Shown here: piece after piece, positions 15,819 to 24,663 of the stretch
Layout of the letters: the number at the start of each line of letters is the position of its first letter
Numbering within the stretch: the first letter of the stretch is position 1
Assembly (NCBI GenBank): GCA_964514965.1
Contig: CAZETV010000002.1
Location: forward strand, 188,545-220,544
Source: Candidatus Hadarchaeota archaeon
GTDB lineage: Archaea > Hadarchaeota > Hadarchaeia > Hadarchaeales > Hadarchaeaceae
DNA: 32,000 nt
Reading direction: 5' to 3'
Translations under genes and position numbers: made by a program
Notes under the pieces: model-generated
What the model was told of the DNA's origin: nothing
What the model saw: only the letters and a program-made list of their open reading frames with translations
Databases searched by the model: none

Positions 15819-16805
15819 TCACTTCCGAATAGAATCGAGCAGATATTTTTGAGCCGAGATGAAATCGTTTATTTTATCCTCCGCCACCCGCTTGCCCTCC
15901 TCAGTCAGCGTATAGACCTTCGAGCGCAGGTTCCCAGATTTCATGTCCAGAAGCTCGCGCCTTTTCAAGTCGTACAAAAGTGGGTAAACGGTGCCCTGGC
16001 TGAGGAAGGTGTGGTACTTCCGATAAATCGTCCGGATCAGATCGTAGCCGCACATCGGGTTTCGCAATAGCAGGGAAAGGGTGATGACCTCGAGGTGCTT
16101 CTTGACGAGCCTTTCCAAGGCTTTTCTGGGAATGGTCTCGGTTGAGAGCAGGCTTGGCAACTCGGATGAGCGGTAGTTGAATATCGACATTCGGTGCTCG
16201 TTGCGCGTCGAAACCACGACGTTTTCATGGAACTCCAACAACCTTCCGACCGCGTCATCCCTCAGGAAGTTGACATTGAATGCCGTTATCATCCGAAGCG
16301 GAAGGGATGATTTCACATTTCTCTGTTTGTATCTTCTCCTACCCCAGGCCAAGGGGATCTTCTCGCCCCTCTTCTCTAGGATTCCCCTCACGCAATCGAT
16401 GATAGTGTCGAAGGTGCTACGGGTCGGCAAAGAGCCGAAGTCAATACCCACCCTTATACCTTTGCCCTCTTGGGATCTGACGCGCCTGCATAATTCCCAA
16501 ACCTTGGAATTGAGTTCTTTGATTCCCCGCAAAATCCCTCCCTTCTCCATCGGGAGGAGATACAGCTTACCGGCTTCAACATACTTCCCGAGAACGTTCT
16601 CCGGATGTAGCTGGTCCTCCGTATTGTCGTACGCGAAAATACAGAGCTCGTCGTTCTCCAAACCACTCTCGATGAAAGAGAGAAGTGCCCCATAGACCTC
16701 GGTGCCTTCCCCATACAGAAAAAGTGAACAATCGTTTTTTTTCTGCTTGAAAAGAAAGACTTTATCGCTGATTGGCAGGGACACTTGTTGACCAACAGCC
16801 GTCAT
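15819..16805 (-). CDS. MEDS domain - PadR fusion regulator, copy 2
   Basis: DCSLFLYGEGTEVYGALLSFIESGLENDELCIFAYDN; C-terminal LSLLLRNPMCGYDLIRTIYRKYHTFLSQGTVYPLLYDLKRRELLDMKS. Confidence 0.82.
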   Translation of the reverse strand: MTAVGQQVSLPISDKVFLFKQKKNDCSLFLYGEGTEVYGALLSFIESGLENDELCIFAYDNTEDQLHPENVLGKYVEAGKLYLLPMEKGGILRGIKELNSKVWELCRRVRSQEGKGIRVGIDFGSLPTRSTFDTIIDCVRGILEKRGEKIPLAWGRRRYKQRNVKSSLPLRMITAFNVNFLRDDAVGRLLEFHENVVVSTRNEHRMSIFNYRSSELPSLLSTETIPRKALERLVKKHLEVITLSLLLRNPMCGYDLIRTIYRKYHTFLSQGTVYPLLYDLKRRELLDMKSGNLRSKVYTLTEEGKRVAEDKINDFISAQKYLLDSIRK

Positions 16806-17098
16806 CGCCGCCCCCCCCCCCCGACGAATGAAGTTTTGCTAGACCCCTGTTGGTGTGGCGGGAGCGCGGCATAGAACTCCGATTTTTACCCGCTATAGGT
16901 GAACCTCCTCCCGTCTCTAACATGTCCAGCCTCCGAAATCTGGGTCAAGAGTTCCACCGGATGAAGTGAAAATGAACCCTAGAATAAAAGAGAGTCTAGC
17001 ATTTTTATCCGTTTTCATTTTTGAAATCCGAAACGAAAGTCGTTTTGTAAATCGAAAAAATACAAAAGGGCGCGCTGTGATTTTATAGCGGGATTAGA

Positions 17099-17407
17099 TT
17101 GGACGTGAAAACCTTGAACACACTGAAGGAACTTGAAAGGTCCGGCACGGTGCCGATACTCTTAGCCATAAGCCGACTGGGGAGAGGGAAATTTACCGAC
17201 ATCCATTACGAGAGCATCCGGATGGGCTTTAGGGTCGGGAGCGGTGTCGTCAGCAGGCGACTTGACCAGTTATGCGCTCTGGGATGGGTTCAAAAGATAA
17301 AGAATGAAGAAAGGAGTAAAGTTTTCACCCTAACCGAGAAGTGGTTAAGGCTAGCTAAAGCTATCAAGGAATTCATCCGAAGTTTAGAACGAAACAAAGT
17401 TGAGTAA
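17099..17407 (+). CDS. Winged-helix (PadR/MarR-like) transcriptional regulator
   Basis: TVPILLAISRLGRGKFTDIHYES...GVVSRRLDQLCALGWVQKIKNEERSKVFTLTEK. Confidence 0.6.
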   Translation: MDVKTLNTLKELERSGTVPILLAISRLGRGKFTDIHYESIRMGFRVGSGVVSRRLDQLCALGWVQKIKNEERSKVFTLTEKWLRLAKAIKEFIRSLERNKVE

Positions 17408-17450
17408 AATGAAACCGATGTTTTCCTGAGCGTTTTACCGCTGTCCTCAT

Positions 17451-18035
17451 TCAGGGCAACGACTCTACTAAGATGTCGGAGAGCAACCTCGACTTGACAT
17501 CGTGATCCGCCCCGATGAATAGGAGTCCTATCTCGTCGTCTTTTAGGGTGTCCCCGATCTCCCCTGCTATAAATGCATCGCGTGCGCGAAGGAGCTCACC
17601 CTTAACCTGATTATATCTGCGCTCGGCCTCAGCCCTCTCCTTACCCGTCCTAGCCTCGACGATCGCCTTGATGTGCTCGCGCTCCTTTTTCGATAGGTCT
17701 GGTTCCTCGGTGGCCTCGAGGGTCGCTCCCTTGCCGATTAATTTCCGAATGAGCTGGAAGTTCTTGCTCCCGGCATCTGCCACGGAGTTAACGATCTTCA
17801 TCCCGAGCTCCCCGCCGCACGGCAACCCGTCCTGATATATCCTGACGCGTGAATAATCCAGCCCGAGGGCATCCAGCTCGCGCTCGACCTCGCTCCAGAA
17901 TCGCTCAATCCTCCGCACATTCTCGATCCATCTCTGCTTCCCTAGCTTTGCGGCACTCACCCGCTCCAAGCTCTCGCGCACCGAGCCCATATCCTCCGGT
18001 GTGTGAACGATCGGTATGTACATAAGTTTTCTCAT
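17451..18035 (-). CDS. Conserved-looking hypothetical protein
   Basis: 194 aa; MYIPIVHTPEDMGSVRESLERV...VRIYQDGLPCGGE...DDEIGLLFIGADHDV. Confidence 0.55.
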   Translation of the reverse strand: MRKLMYIPIVHTPEDMGSVRESLERVSAAKLGKQRWIENVRRIERFWSEVERELDALGLDYSRVRIYQDGLPCGGELGMKIVNSVADAGSKNFQLIRKLIGKGATLEATEEPDLSKKEREHIKAIVEARTGKERAEAERRYNQVKGELLRARDAFIAGEIGDTLKDDEIGLLFIGADHDVKSRLLSDILVESLP

Positions 18036-18049
18036 CTGACCATCAAATT

Positions 18050-18595
18050 TCAGCTTTCCGTCCTAGCTTTCTTCAGCTTTATCTCGAGGACGCCATGCTT
18101 GTAGCTTGTCGTTAGCTCGCCGCTGACGGGGGCCGGGAGTTCCACCCGCTCGCTGCAGTTTCGATCCCCTCGCTCGGCTGAAATCGTCAATACCGTCCCT
18201 TTTGCCTCGGCTCTTATATCGTGCTCCTCGACGCCGGGGAGCTCCGCCACCACTCGCAGGTGGTCTCCTTCATCGAAGACATCCACGGGGGGTTCCGTCC
18301 TTTCGGGCTCTCTCGGTGCGATCTTTTTAATCGGTCCCCTTCGTGTGGTTCTCGGCTTCTCACCCTCGATGATGTGCTTGACCGAATAGCCGCTTTCCAC
18401 ATGCGGGCGCAGGCTTCGATGCACGCCCCCGCGTATGTTTTCCTCTATTTGTTCGTTGACTTCCCTAAACCTCTGCTGGAACGCTGGCGATTGTAGCGCG
18501 AGGTCGACCAGATTGCTTAATCCGAGCTCCCTCAGTACGCCTTCCGCCATGCCCTCGCTTTTCTCTTCGGGCCTTTTCTTCTTCGCCATTTTCAC
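18050..18595 (-). CDS. Hsp20-family small heat shock protein
   Basis: VDVFDEGDHLRVVAELPGVEEHDIRAEA..LTISAE...SYKHGVLEIKLKK. Confidence 0.88.
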   Translation of the reverse strand: MKMAKKKRPEEKSEGMAEGVLRELGLSNLVDLALQSPAFQQRFREVNEQIEENIRGGVHRSLRPHVESGYSVKHIIEGEKPRTTRRGPIKKIAPREPERTEPPVDVFDEGDHLRVVAELPGVEEHDIRAEAKGTVLTISAERGDRNCSERVELPAPVSGELTTSYKHGVLEIKLKKARTES

Positions 18596-19119
18596 TCTGC
18601 CTTCTTCTTGAGCTTTACCTCTAGAACGCCGTTCTTGTAAGTCGACTCGAGTTCGCCCGTCACAGCCGCAGGAAGCTCAATTTCCTTCGAGTACTTTCGC
18701 TCCTTGGTCTCCGCTGAAATTTTCAGCGTTCGCTCTTTTATCTCGGTCTTGATGTCTTTCTCTTCAACCCCAGGAAGTTCCGCGATCACCGTTATCTCCT
18801 TCTCGTTCTCGAAGATGTCGACGAGTGGCTCCCTAACTTCTGCGACACCTAGCTTGAGCGTTGGTTTAATCGTGCCAAACCTGCTGAGCACCGGACCCTT
18901 TGGGCCGATCTTGACGCTCACCCCATACATCCCGTGGGGCAGCCTCCTTCGCTCGACTGAAACACCCGCCTTCTCTAGCTCCTTCGCCTCCTCGGCCAGC
19001 TTGGTAACTTGGCCGATAAACTCGCCGATCCCTGCGAACAATCCGCCTAGGTTGAGCCCCCACTCGATCACTGGCTCTGGCTTCTTCTCGGGATCTTTCT
19101 CCTTTTTTTCCTCCACCAT
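18592..19119 (-). CDS. gvpH: Hsp20-family, GvpH-like small heat shock protein
   Basis: LFAGIGEFIGQVTKLAEEAKELEKAG...PHGMYGVSVKIG followed by LVDIFENEKEITVIAELPGVEEKDIKTE...YKNGVLEVKLKK. ATG at 19119 preferred over the ORF-track start. Confidence 0.88.
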   Translation of the reverse strand: MVEEKKEKDPEKKPEPVIEWGLNLGGLFAGIGEFIGQVTKLAEEAKELEKAGVSVERRRLPHGMYGVSVKIGPKGPVLSRFGTIKPTLKLGVAEVREPLVDIFENEKEITVIAELPGVEEKDIKTEIKERTLKISAETKERKYSKEIELPAAVTGELESTYKNGVLEVKLKKKAE

Positions 19120-19167
19120 TTTTACATCCCTCCGAATCTCTATTTGGAATCCCCCATATATAAATGT

Positions 19168-19184
19168 TATCATTAGTGATGATA
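19168..19184. promoter_or_regulatory. Palindrome TATCAT-tagtg-ATGATA between divergent hsp20 and HTH-like gene
   Basis: Perfect 6-bp arms flanked by TATA-like boxes on both sides. Confidence 0.4.
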
Positions 19185-19241
19185 TTTTTATAACCAAAAG
19201 TGATAAATATTAGAATGCGTTATTGTTATTTGGCGGTCAAC

Positions 19242-19598
19242 ATGGCAGTCTACCTGAGTCCTGAAGCCAGGCTTAAGCTCTGCAAGCTAATAGCGGACCG
19301 GATAAAGCGAGGGGATCTGAAGTTCTATGCAACTTTGAACAAGGTTGGGCTGAAGGGGCCGGCATTCTATGCGTACGTCGAGGGGCGAAGCGTGCCATCC
19401 GAGGAGGTCGTACCGAAGATAGTCTCTCTCGCCTTGGCGCTCGACCACGATGGGACGGTGAAGATTGTGGGGGAGGACCTGAAGGGGCTCACGGAGTTTG
19501 TCAATCAGATCTTGGGATTTGCCTCGGCGAGCATCTCTACCGTAGATCAAATCCTGGCGGGTATTATCGGGAGGACAAAGAAAAGGCCGAGGGGCTGA
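19242..19598 (+). CDS. Putative HTH-like protein
   Basis: MAVYLSPEARLKLCKLIADRIKRGDLKFYATLNKVGLKGPAFYAYVEGRSVPSEEVVPKIVSLALALD is reminiscent of an XRE-type HTH. Confidence 0.4.
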   Translation: MAVYLSPEARLKLCKLIADRIKRGDLKFYATLNKVGLKGPAFYAYVEGRSVPSEEVVPKIVSLALALDHDGTVKIVGEDLKGLTEFVNQILGFASASISTVDQILAGIIGRTKKRPRG

Positions 19599-19891
19599 GA
19601 AATAGTCTGGCTCTGTAAAGCACCATTTTTGAAGTGGCCAGCCCAGTGATTATTTGCCCAGGATTATCTCAATCGTTGACACGTTGGATTTCCCGCCTTC
19701 CTAGTCGTGATCTCCTCGATGCCAGTACGAATCTCCTTCACCTTAATACCCGAAAGGAACTGTCTTCTAGCTATCTCGGTGGCATCGACTGTCCAATCCC
19801 ACGAGGAAGAAAAGGCGCAAAGGCTGAAAGGTGGTACTCTATCCAATTTCTTTTTACTGGGAATTTTAATCCCGGCCATACAGCTTGCCCA

Positions 19892-20083
19892 TTAGCGCTT
19901 GAATTTCGCTATTTCTTCCGTCAGGTCTATGCTCGTGAGTATCGTACTCCTGCAACAGTAGCGCTTGATTCCCAACTCGTCGAGTACTCGCTTAGGCTCC
20001 TCCCCTCTTTTGACGCGCTGCTCGAACTCTTCGTACTTGTTGCCCAGCAGCTTGCCGCAAGTTATACAACGAACTACCCGCAT
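19892..20083 (-). CDS. rpoN: DNA-directed RNA polymerase subunit N
   Basis: MRVVRCITCGKLLGNKYEEF...LDELGIKRYCCRSTILTSIDL. Confidence 0.93.
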   Translation of the reverse strand: MRVVRCITCGKLLGNKYEEFEQRVKRGEEPKRVLDELGIKRYCCRSTILTSIDLTEEIAKFKR

Positions 20084-20087
20084 GCAA

Positions 20088-20486
20088 TCACCTGTAGCTC
20101 TTCTGATATTTTGCGCGCGCGCCGGGCCCTCCCGGTTTTTTGGGCTCCTTGAAGCGCACATCGCTCTTTATCAAAGTCCAGTCGTGCTGCTTAAAAAGCT
20201 CACGTACTTCAGGGGCACCCGACCACTCGATGAGTCCTCTGGCGATAGCCGTGCGAACGGCATCAGCCTGCCCCATGAAACCCCCACCCTCGACGCTAAC
20301 CTCGATGTCAACGCGACGTGCGAGCTCGGGCACTAAAGCCAATGGCTCAAAAATCTTGCGTCGCGCGAGTTCCGGTTCGTAAACCTCGAGCGCGCAGCGG
20401 TTGACAAAAACTTGCCCTTTACCATCCCTAACTCTGGCCCTAGCAAGTGCAGCCTTACGTCTGCCAGTTGCGAGTACAACCTTCAT
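20088..20486 (-). CDS. rps9: 30S ribosomal protein uS9
   Basis: ATGRRKAALARARVRDGKG...GGGFMGQADAVRTAIARGL...KKPGGPGARAKYQKSYR. Confidence 0.95.
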   Translation of the reverse strand: MKVVLATGRRKAALARARVRDGKGQVFVNRCALEVYEPELARRKIFEPLALVPELARRVDIEVSVEGGGFMGQADAVRTAIARGLIEWSGAPEVRELFKQHDWTLIKSDVRFKEPKKPGGPGARAKYQKSYR

Positions 20487-20920
20487 CAGAATCTCGCTCC
20501 TAAGTGTTTGCTGAGGTTCTCAACTCTTATAAAACGTCGTGTGCCGAGCCGCTTAAGGCTGGCTTCAGGCAAATCTTGTATTTCCTTGCCGGCGAGCTCT
20601 TGTGGCACCCCGATGTAAACACGGAGGCGATGATAGGCCGACCGCCCTTTAGGTTTGTCGAAGGGCAGCATTCCTCTAATAGCCCGACGTACGAGTTCCT
20701 CAGGGCGCTTAAGATGGAAAGGCCCCTTGCGGGGGTTAGTAAGGTTTCGAACCTCAAGCCAAGCATCGTAAACGCCAAAGGTAGCTTCTTTTCTACCGGA
20801 AACTACGATCTTTTCGGAGTTCACCACAATCACATGTTCACCATCGAGCAGACGTTTCGCCACGAAGCTCGCGAGCCTCCCCAAGACCAAATCCTCTCCA
20901 TCAATTATCACGTTTCTCAC
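20486..20920 (-). CDS. rpl13: 50S ribosomal protein uL13
   Basis: VIIDGEDLVLGRLASFVAKRLLDG...RAIRGMLPFDKPKGRSAYHRLRVYIGVP. Confidence 0.95.
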   Translation of the reverse strand: MRNVIIDGEDLVLGRLASFVAKRLLDGEHVIVVNSEKIVVSGRKEATFGVYDAWLEVRNLTNPRKGPFHLKRPEELVRRAIRGMLPFDKPKGRSAYHRLRVYIGVPQELAGKEIQDLPEASLKRLGTRRFIRVENLSKHLGARF

Positions 20921-21282
20921 TCCATCAGTTTGATGTCTTTGCCATTCGGGTTTTGCTCGAATAGCTGTTGAATAGTCAGAACATTACCGCCAGCGGTCAC
21001 TATTTTTCGTCTAGCCGCGCCCGAGAACTTAAAAGCAGCAACGGAGATTGCGTGATTCAATTTGCCAGCAGCTAAGACCTTGCCAGGTACGACAATTGTG
21101 CTCCCCTCGCCAGAATAACGGTTCAGCTGGCTAAGATTGACTTCTGCCCGAGCTCGGCGAGGCTGCTCGAGACGCTCCGCTAAATCACGCCAAAGACTTA
21201 CCTTTTGCTTTTTACCTCTTGCCCGAAGCTCTCTCACGAGCCTTCGCAGCACGGGGTTCGTTGGTCCTGTTGGTCTCGGCAT
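20917..21282 (-). CDS. rpl18e: 50S ribosomal protein eL18
   Basis: GPTNPVLRRLVRELRARGKKQKVSLWRDLAERLEQPRRARAEVNLSQL...VVPGKVLAAGKL. Confidence 0.95.
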   Translation of the reverse strand: MPRPTGPTNPVLRRLVRELRARGKKQKVSLWRDLAERLEQPRRARAEVNLSQLNRYSGEGSTIVVPGKVLAAGKLNHAISVAAFKFSGAARRKIVTAGGNVLTIQQLFEQNPNGKDIKLME

Positions 21283-21437
21283 TTAGACACCTCAAACAGT
21301 TGACACATTTTCTAGCTTCCTTAAAATAAACCTATGGTGGTGCGAGCGGAAAGGGGTTAAGCACAAATCACGAACTCTTTTGGAGTCGCTGTTGCAAGAG
21401 TCCGGCTATCCGTTTGAATAAGCGTGAAACGAAAAGA

Positions 21438-23045
21438 TTAAGTTTTGATTCTTTTAGCGAGAGCTGCTTTGATAAAAGCGCTGAACACTGACGCTGGTCT
21501 AGCTGGTCTTGACTTGTACTCTGGATGAAATTGGGTGGCCAAGAAGAACGGATGCTTTGAGAGTTCTAGAATCTCCATGCGTCTCCTGTCGGGCGATTTT
21601 CCCGAGAAAACTAGCCCAGCTTTGCTTAACTTATCTATATAGCACGGATTAACTTCGTAGCGATGTCTGTGTCGCTCGGAAATTCGCTCGCTTCTGTAAA
21701 TCTTGAAAGCTTTCGTCCCCTTAGTGATACGCACTTCATGCGCTCCGAGCCTCATCGTTCCACCCATCTCTTTGACCTTCTTCTGTTCGGGGAGAAGATC
21801 GATTACGGGGTGAGAAGTTCTAGAATCTATCTCTGCGCTGGCGGCCCGCTTCAAACCCAAGACGTTTCTAGCGAATTCTACGACCGCAAGCTGGAAACCA
21901 AAGCATAAACCTAAGAAGGGTATCGAGTGTTTGCGCGAATAACCTATCGCAGCTATTTTTCCTTCAACCCCCCGCGAACCGAACCCGCCCGGCACAAGGA
22001 CGCCATTGTACGCGGTCAATGTTTCAAGTTTATCTTTGCATTCTTCGTACGTCTCAGCATCTATCCAATCTATCTCGACTCTACAATCGTGCCAACCTGC
22101 AGCGTGCTTAAGGGCTTCATTTATGCTTAAGTAAGTGTCCGCGAACTTGATGTATTTTCCAACCATCGCGATTTTCACAACTCTCTGCGCGCGCTCCATA
22201 CGGTCAACAATTTTTTTCCATCCCTCGAGATTCCTCTCCTTTAGCGGGAGATTTAGCCTTTCCAGTAACTTAGTGCATAGGCCCTCTTTCTCAAGCCAAA
22301 GAGGTACTCTATAAATATTTTCAACATCAGGAGCACTTACCACGGCACCTTCCGGGACGTTGCAGAATAGTGAGATCTTCCGCTTCGCCTCTTCATCGAG
22401 AGGTTTCTCCGCCCTGCAAACGATGACATCAGGTGTTATGCCGATTTCGAGAAGCTCCTTGACCGAGTGCTGGGTGGGTTTGGTCTTTTGTTCGCCCACC
22501 ACATTTAGCACTGGCACCAATGTGACATGAACGAAAATCACGTTAGTCTGTCCTTCCTCAAGCCTCAACTGCCGAACAGCCTCAAGGAAAGGCATACTCT
22601 CGATATCTCCCACCGTGCCCCCAATTTCAACCAAGCAAATGTCTGCTCCGCTTTTCTTCGCGACTTGCCGAATGCGATTTTTGATCACATCGGTGACGTG
22701 AGGGATTATCTGAACCGTACGACCCAAGTAGTCGCCTTTTCGCTCTTTCCTTATTACCTCGTCATAAATCTGCCCAGTTGTGATATTGTGATCTTTTGTC
22801 AGATTGATGTCTAGGAAACGTTCATAGTGCCCCATGTCCAAATCTATCTCGCCTCCATCCTCAGTCACGAAAATTTCACCGTGCTCAAAAGGGTTCATAG
22901 TCCCCGCGTCGACATTTAGATAAGGATCGATTTTGATTGCTGTGATTTCAAATTTGCACGATTGAAGTAGCTTTCCTATCGAGGCCGCGGTTATACCTTT
23001 CCCAAGACCGCTAATCACCCCGCCAGTAACGACGATATATTTCAT
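21438..23045 (-). CDS. pyrG: CTP synthase
   Basis: [28 protein letters not shown]; C-terminal GATase [16 protein letters not shown]...[12 protein letters not shown]. Confidence 0.97.
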   Translation of the reverse strand: MKYIVVTGGVISGLGKGITAASIGKLLQSCKFEITAIKIDPYLNVDAGTMNPFEHGEIFVTEDGGEIDLDMGHYERFLDINLTKDHNITTGQIYDEVIRKERKGDYLGRTVQIIPHVTDVIKNRIRQVAKKSGADICLVEIGGTVGDIESMPFLEAVRQLRLEEGQTNVIFVHVTLVPVLNVVGEQKTKPTQHSVKELLEIGITPDVIVCRAEKPLDEEAKRKISLFCNVPEGAVVSAPDVENIYRVPLWLEKEGLCTKLLERLNLPLKERNLEGWKKIVDRMERAQRVVKIAMVGKYIKFADTYLSINEALKHAAGWHDCRVEIDWIDAETYEECKDKLETLTAYNGVLVPGGFGSRGVEGKIAAIGYSRKHSIPFLGLCFGFQLAVVEFARNVLGLKRAASAEIDSRTSHPVIDLLPEQKKVKEMGGTMRLGAHEVRITKGTKAFKIYRSERISERHRHRYEVNPCYIDKLSKAGLVFSGKSPDRRRMEILELSKHPFFLATQFHPEYKSRPARPASVFSAFIKAALAKRIKT

Positions 23046-23151
23046 CCGCTCACCTACGTACATCCAATATTTTCCTTTACGCTTTTAAATCCATAAATAT
23101 CGAGGCAATGTTTGATGGTGCACCACACATTTTTTCTCCAACCACATAAAA

Positions 23152-24660
23152 TCACGAAGTTTCATATATCCTCCCGATTTCCCTCTCTCCCTTATCAAAT
23201 CTAGCTTTCATCTCATCTGCCAGTTTTTGTGCGAGCGCTGTTGGATACCGGCAGGTGAGACAGCCAAGGCAAAGTTCATTCCTCCCCAAACCCGTTGCTT
23301 TGACGAAATTTTCAAGCGATTGATAGTGCACCGAATCTGCCCCGATGATCTTCGCCACTCCGGCCGCATCATTATTCGCCCCAATCAGCTCGCCGAAAGT
23401 CGCCATGTCAATACCATAGAAGCACGGAGATATTATCCGCGGGAAGGTGATATACATGTGCACCTCTTTCGCCCCCGCCTCCCTAATCTTTTTAATCACC
23501 CTACGGCAGGTGTCGCCCCTCACGATAGAATCCTCGACTACTGCAACTCGTTTTCCCTTTATCTCGCGCCCCACATTCAATTTCTTAGTTATTATCGTCT
23601 CGCGCTCTTTGGACTTGACGATGAACGCACGATCCGTCACATAACGGTGCCTCCTCAGTGCCCGTTCCCAAGGGATTCCTGTTTGTTCGTGCAACCCATA
23701 AGTCGCGTCGTCACCGGTCTCTGGTATCGAAACTACGACTTCAGCTTTCTTCGCTATGTCTGGGTCTTCCTTCCCCAGATTCCTCCCGAAAGCTTCCCTA
23801 ATTTTGTACACGGGCTTAGTGCCGTTTAAAACTGAATCAGGTCTAGCAAAATATGCAAACTCAAAACTACAGAAAGCTCGCTTTTCACATTTAACAATCT
23901 GCTCTCGTTTAAAGCCTTCCTTAGACCAAGTCAGCAGTTCACCCGGTTTCACCTCGGACTCATACCGAAAATTATTGATTCTTAGACCAACGTTCTCCGA
24001 GGCCACCGCGAAAACCGCATTGTCCTCGCTGCACCCGTAACAGAGAGGTTTTATCCCCAAAGGATCCCTAAATGCGAAAAAATCTCCATCTTGATTCAAC
24101 CCAATGACGGAAAAAGACCCCTCCACTTCTCGCATACAATCAGATACGGCGGAGGCCAAATCGGAGCCATTCAACCCATGCATCAATTTTTTGGCGATCA
24201 GCTCCACATCCGATGAGGAGGATAGACCCCCAAACTCCGATTTGAACTCCGCCTTGAGCTGTGCGACATTGACGAGGTTACCATTATACGCGAGACCAAT
24301 CTTGGCTTTCGCATCACCCACGATGAATGGTTGGGCATCCCCCCAAAGCCGTTGTTTAGCGTCCCTGCCAGAGGTGACATACCTAACGTGTCCTATGCCA
24401 GTGCTCCCTCCAAGTTTCTTGAATAACCTCTGAATGAGAGGATGTCTTACGGGCGGCAAAAGACCCAGTCCGTGGTGCAGCCTAAACCCTTCGGCGGACG
24501 TGAGGAAACCGTAAGAATGATGCCCACGGTGGTTTTGGGATATCAACCCCCAATAGATATAAGGGATTACCGGTCTGCTATCGAAACTATAGGCTCCGAA
24601 GACTCCACAGGATTCTCCTAGCGAATCAGACATGGCAACAAAGTTAGAGCCAGGCGACAT
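23152..24660 (-). CDS. purF: Amidophosphoribosyltransferase
   Basis: ESCGVFGAY...GHVRYVTSG...; PRTase VVEDSIVRGDTCRRVI; Cys-rich C-term. ATG may be at 24633. Confidence 0.95.
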   Translation of the reverse strand: MSPGSNFVAMSDSLGESCGVFGAYSFDSRPVIPYIYWGLISQNHRGHHSYGFLTSAEGFRLHHGLGLLPPVRHPLIQRLFKKLGGSTGIGHVRYVTSGRDAKQRLWGDAQPFIVGDAKAKIGLAYNGNLVNVAQLKAEFKSEFGGLSSSSDVELIAKKLMHGLNGSDLASAVSDCMREVEGSFSVIGLNQDGDFFAFRDPLGIKPLCYGCSEDNAVFAVASENVGLRINNFRYESEVKPGELLTWSKEGFKREQIVKCEKRAFCSFEFAYFARPDSVLNGTKPVYKIREAFGRNLGKEDPDIAKKAEVVVSIPETGDDATYGLHEQTGIPWERALRRHRYVTDRAFIVKSKERETIITKKLNVGREIKGKRVAVVEDSIVRGDTCRRVIKKIREAGAKEVHMYITFPRIISPCFYGIDMATFGELIGANNDAAGVAKIIGADSVHYQSLENFVKATGLGRNELCLGCLTCRYPTALAQKLADEMKARFDKGEREIGRIYETS

Positions 24661-24663
24661 TTG

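Noticed and set aside
4200-19600. Mobile element carrying the gvp cluster
   Set aside because: No transposase, integrase or terminal repeats seen in the window; a horizontally acquired island remains possible but is not supported directly.
19664-19879. 71-aa minus-strand ORF between rpoN and the putative HTH gene, considered as RpoK
   Set aside because: Lacks RpoK motifs; no recognisable similarity, so not called as a gene.
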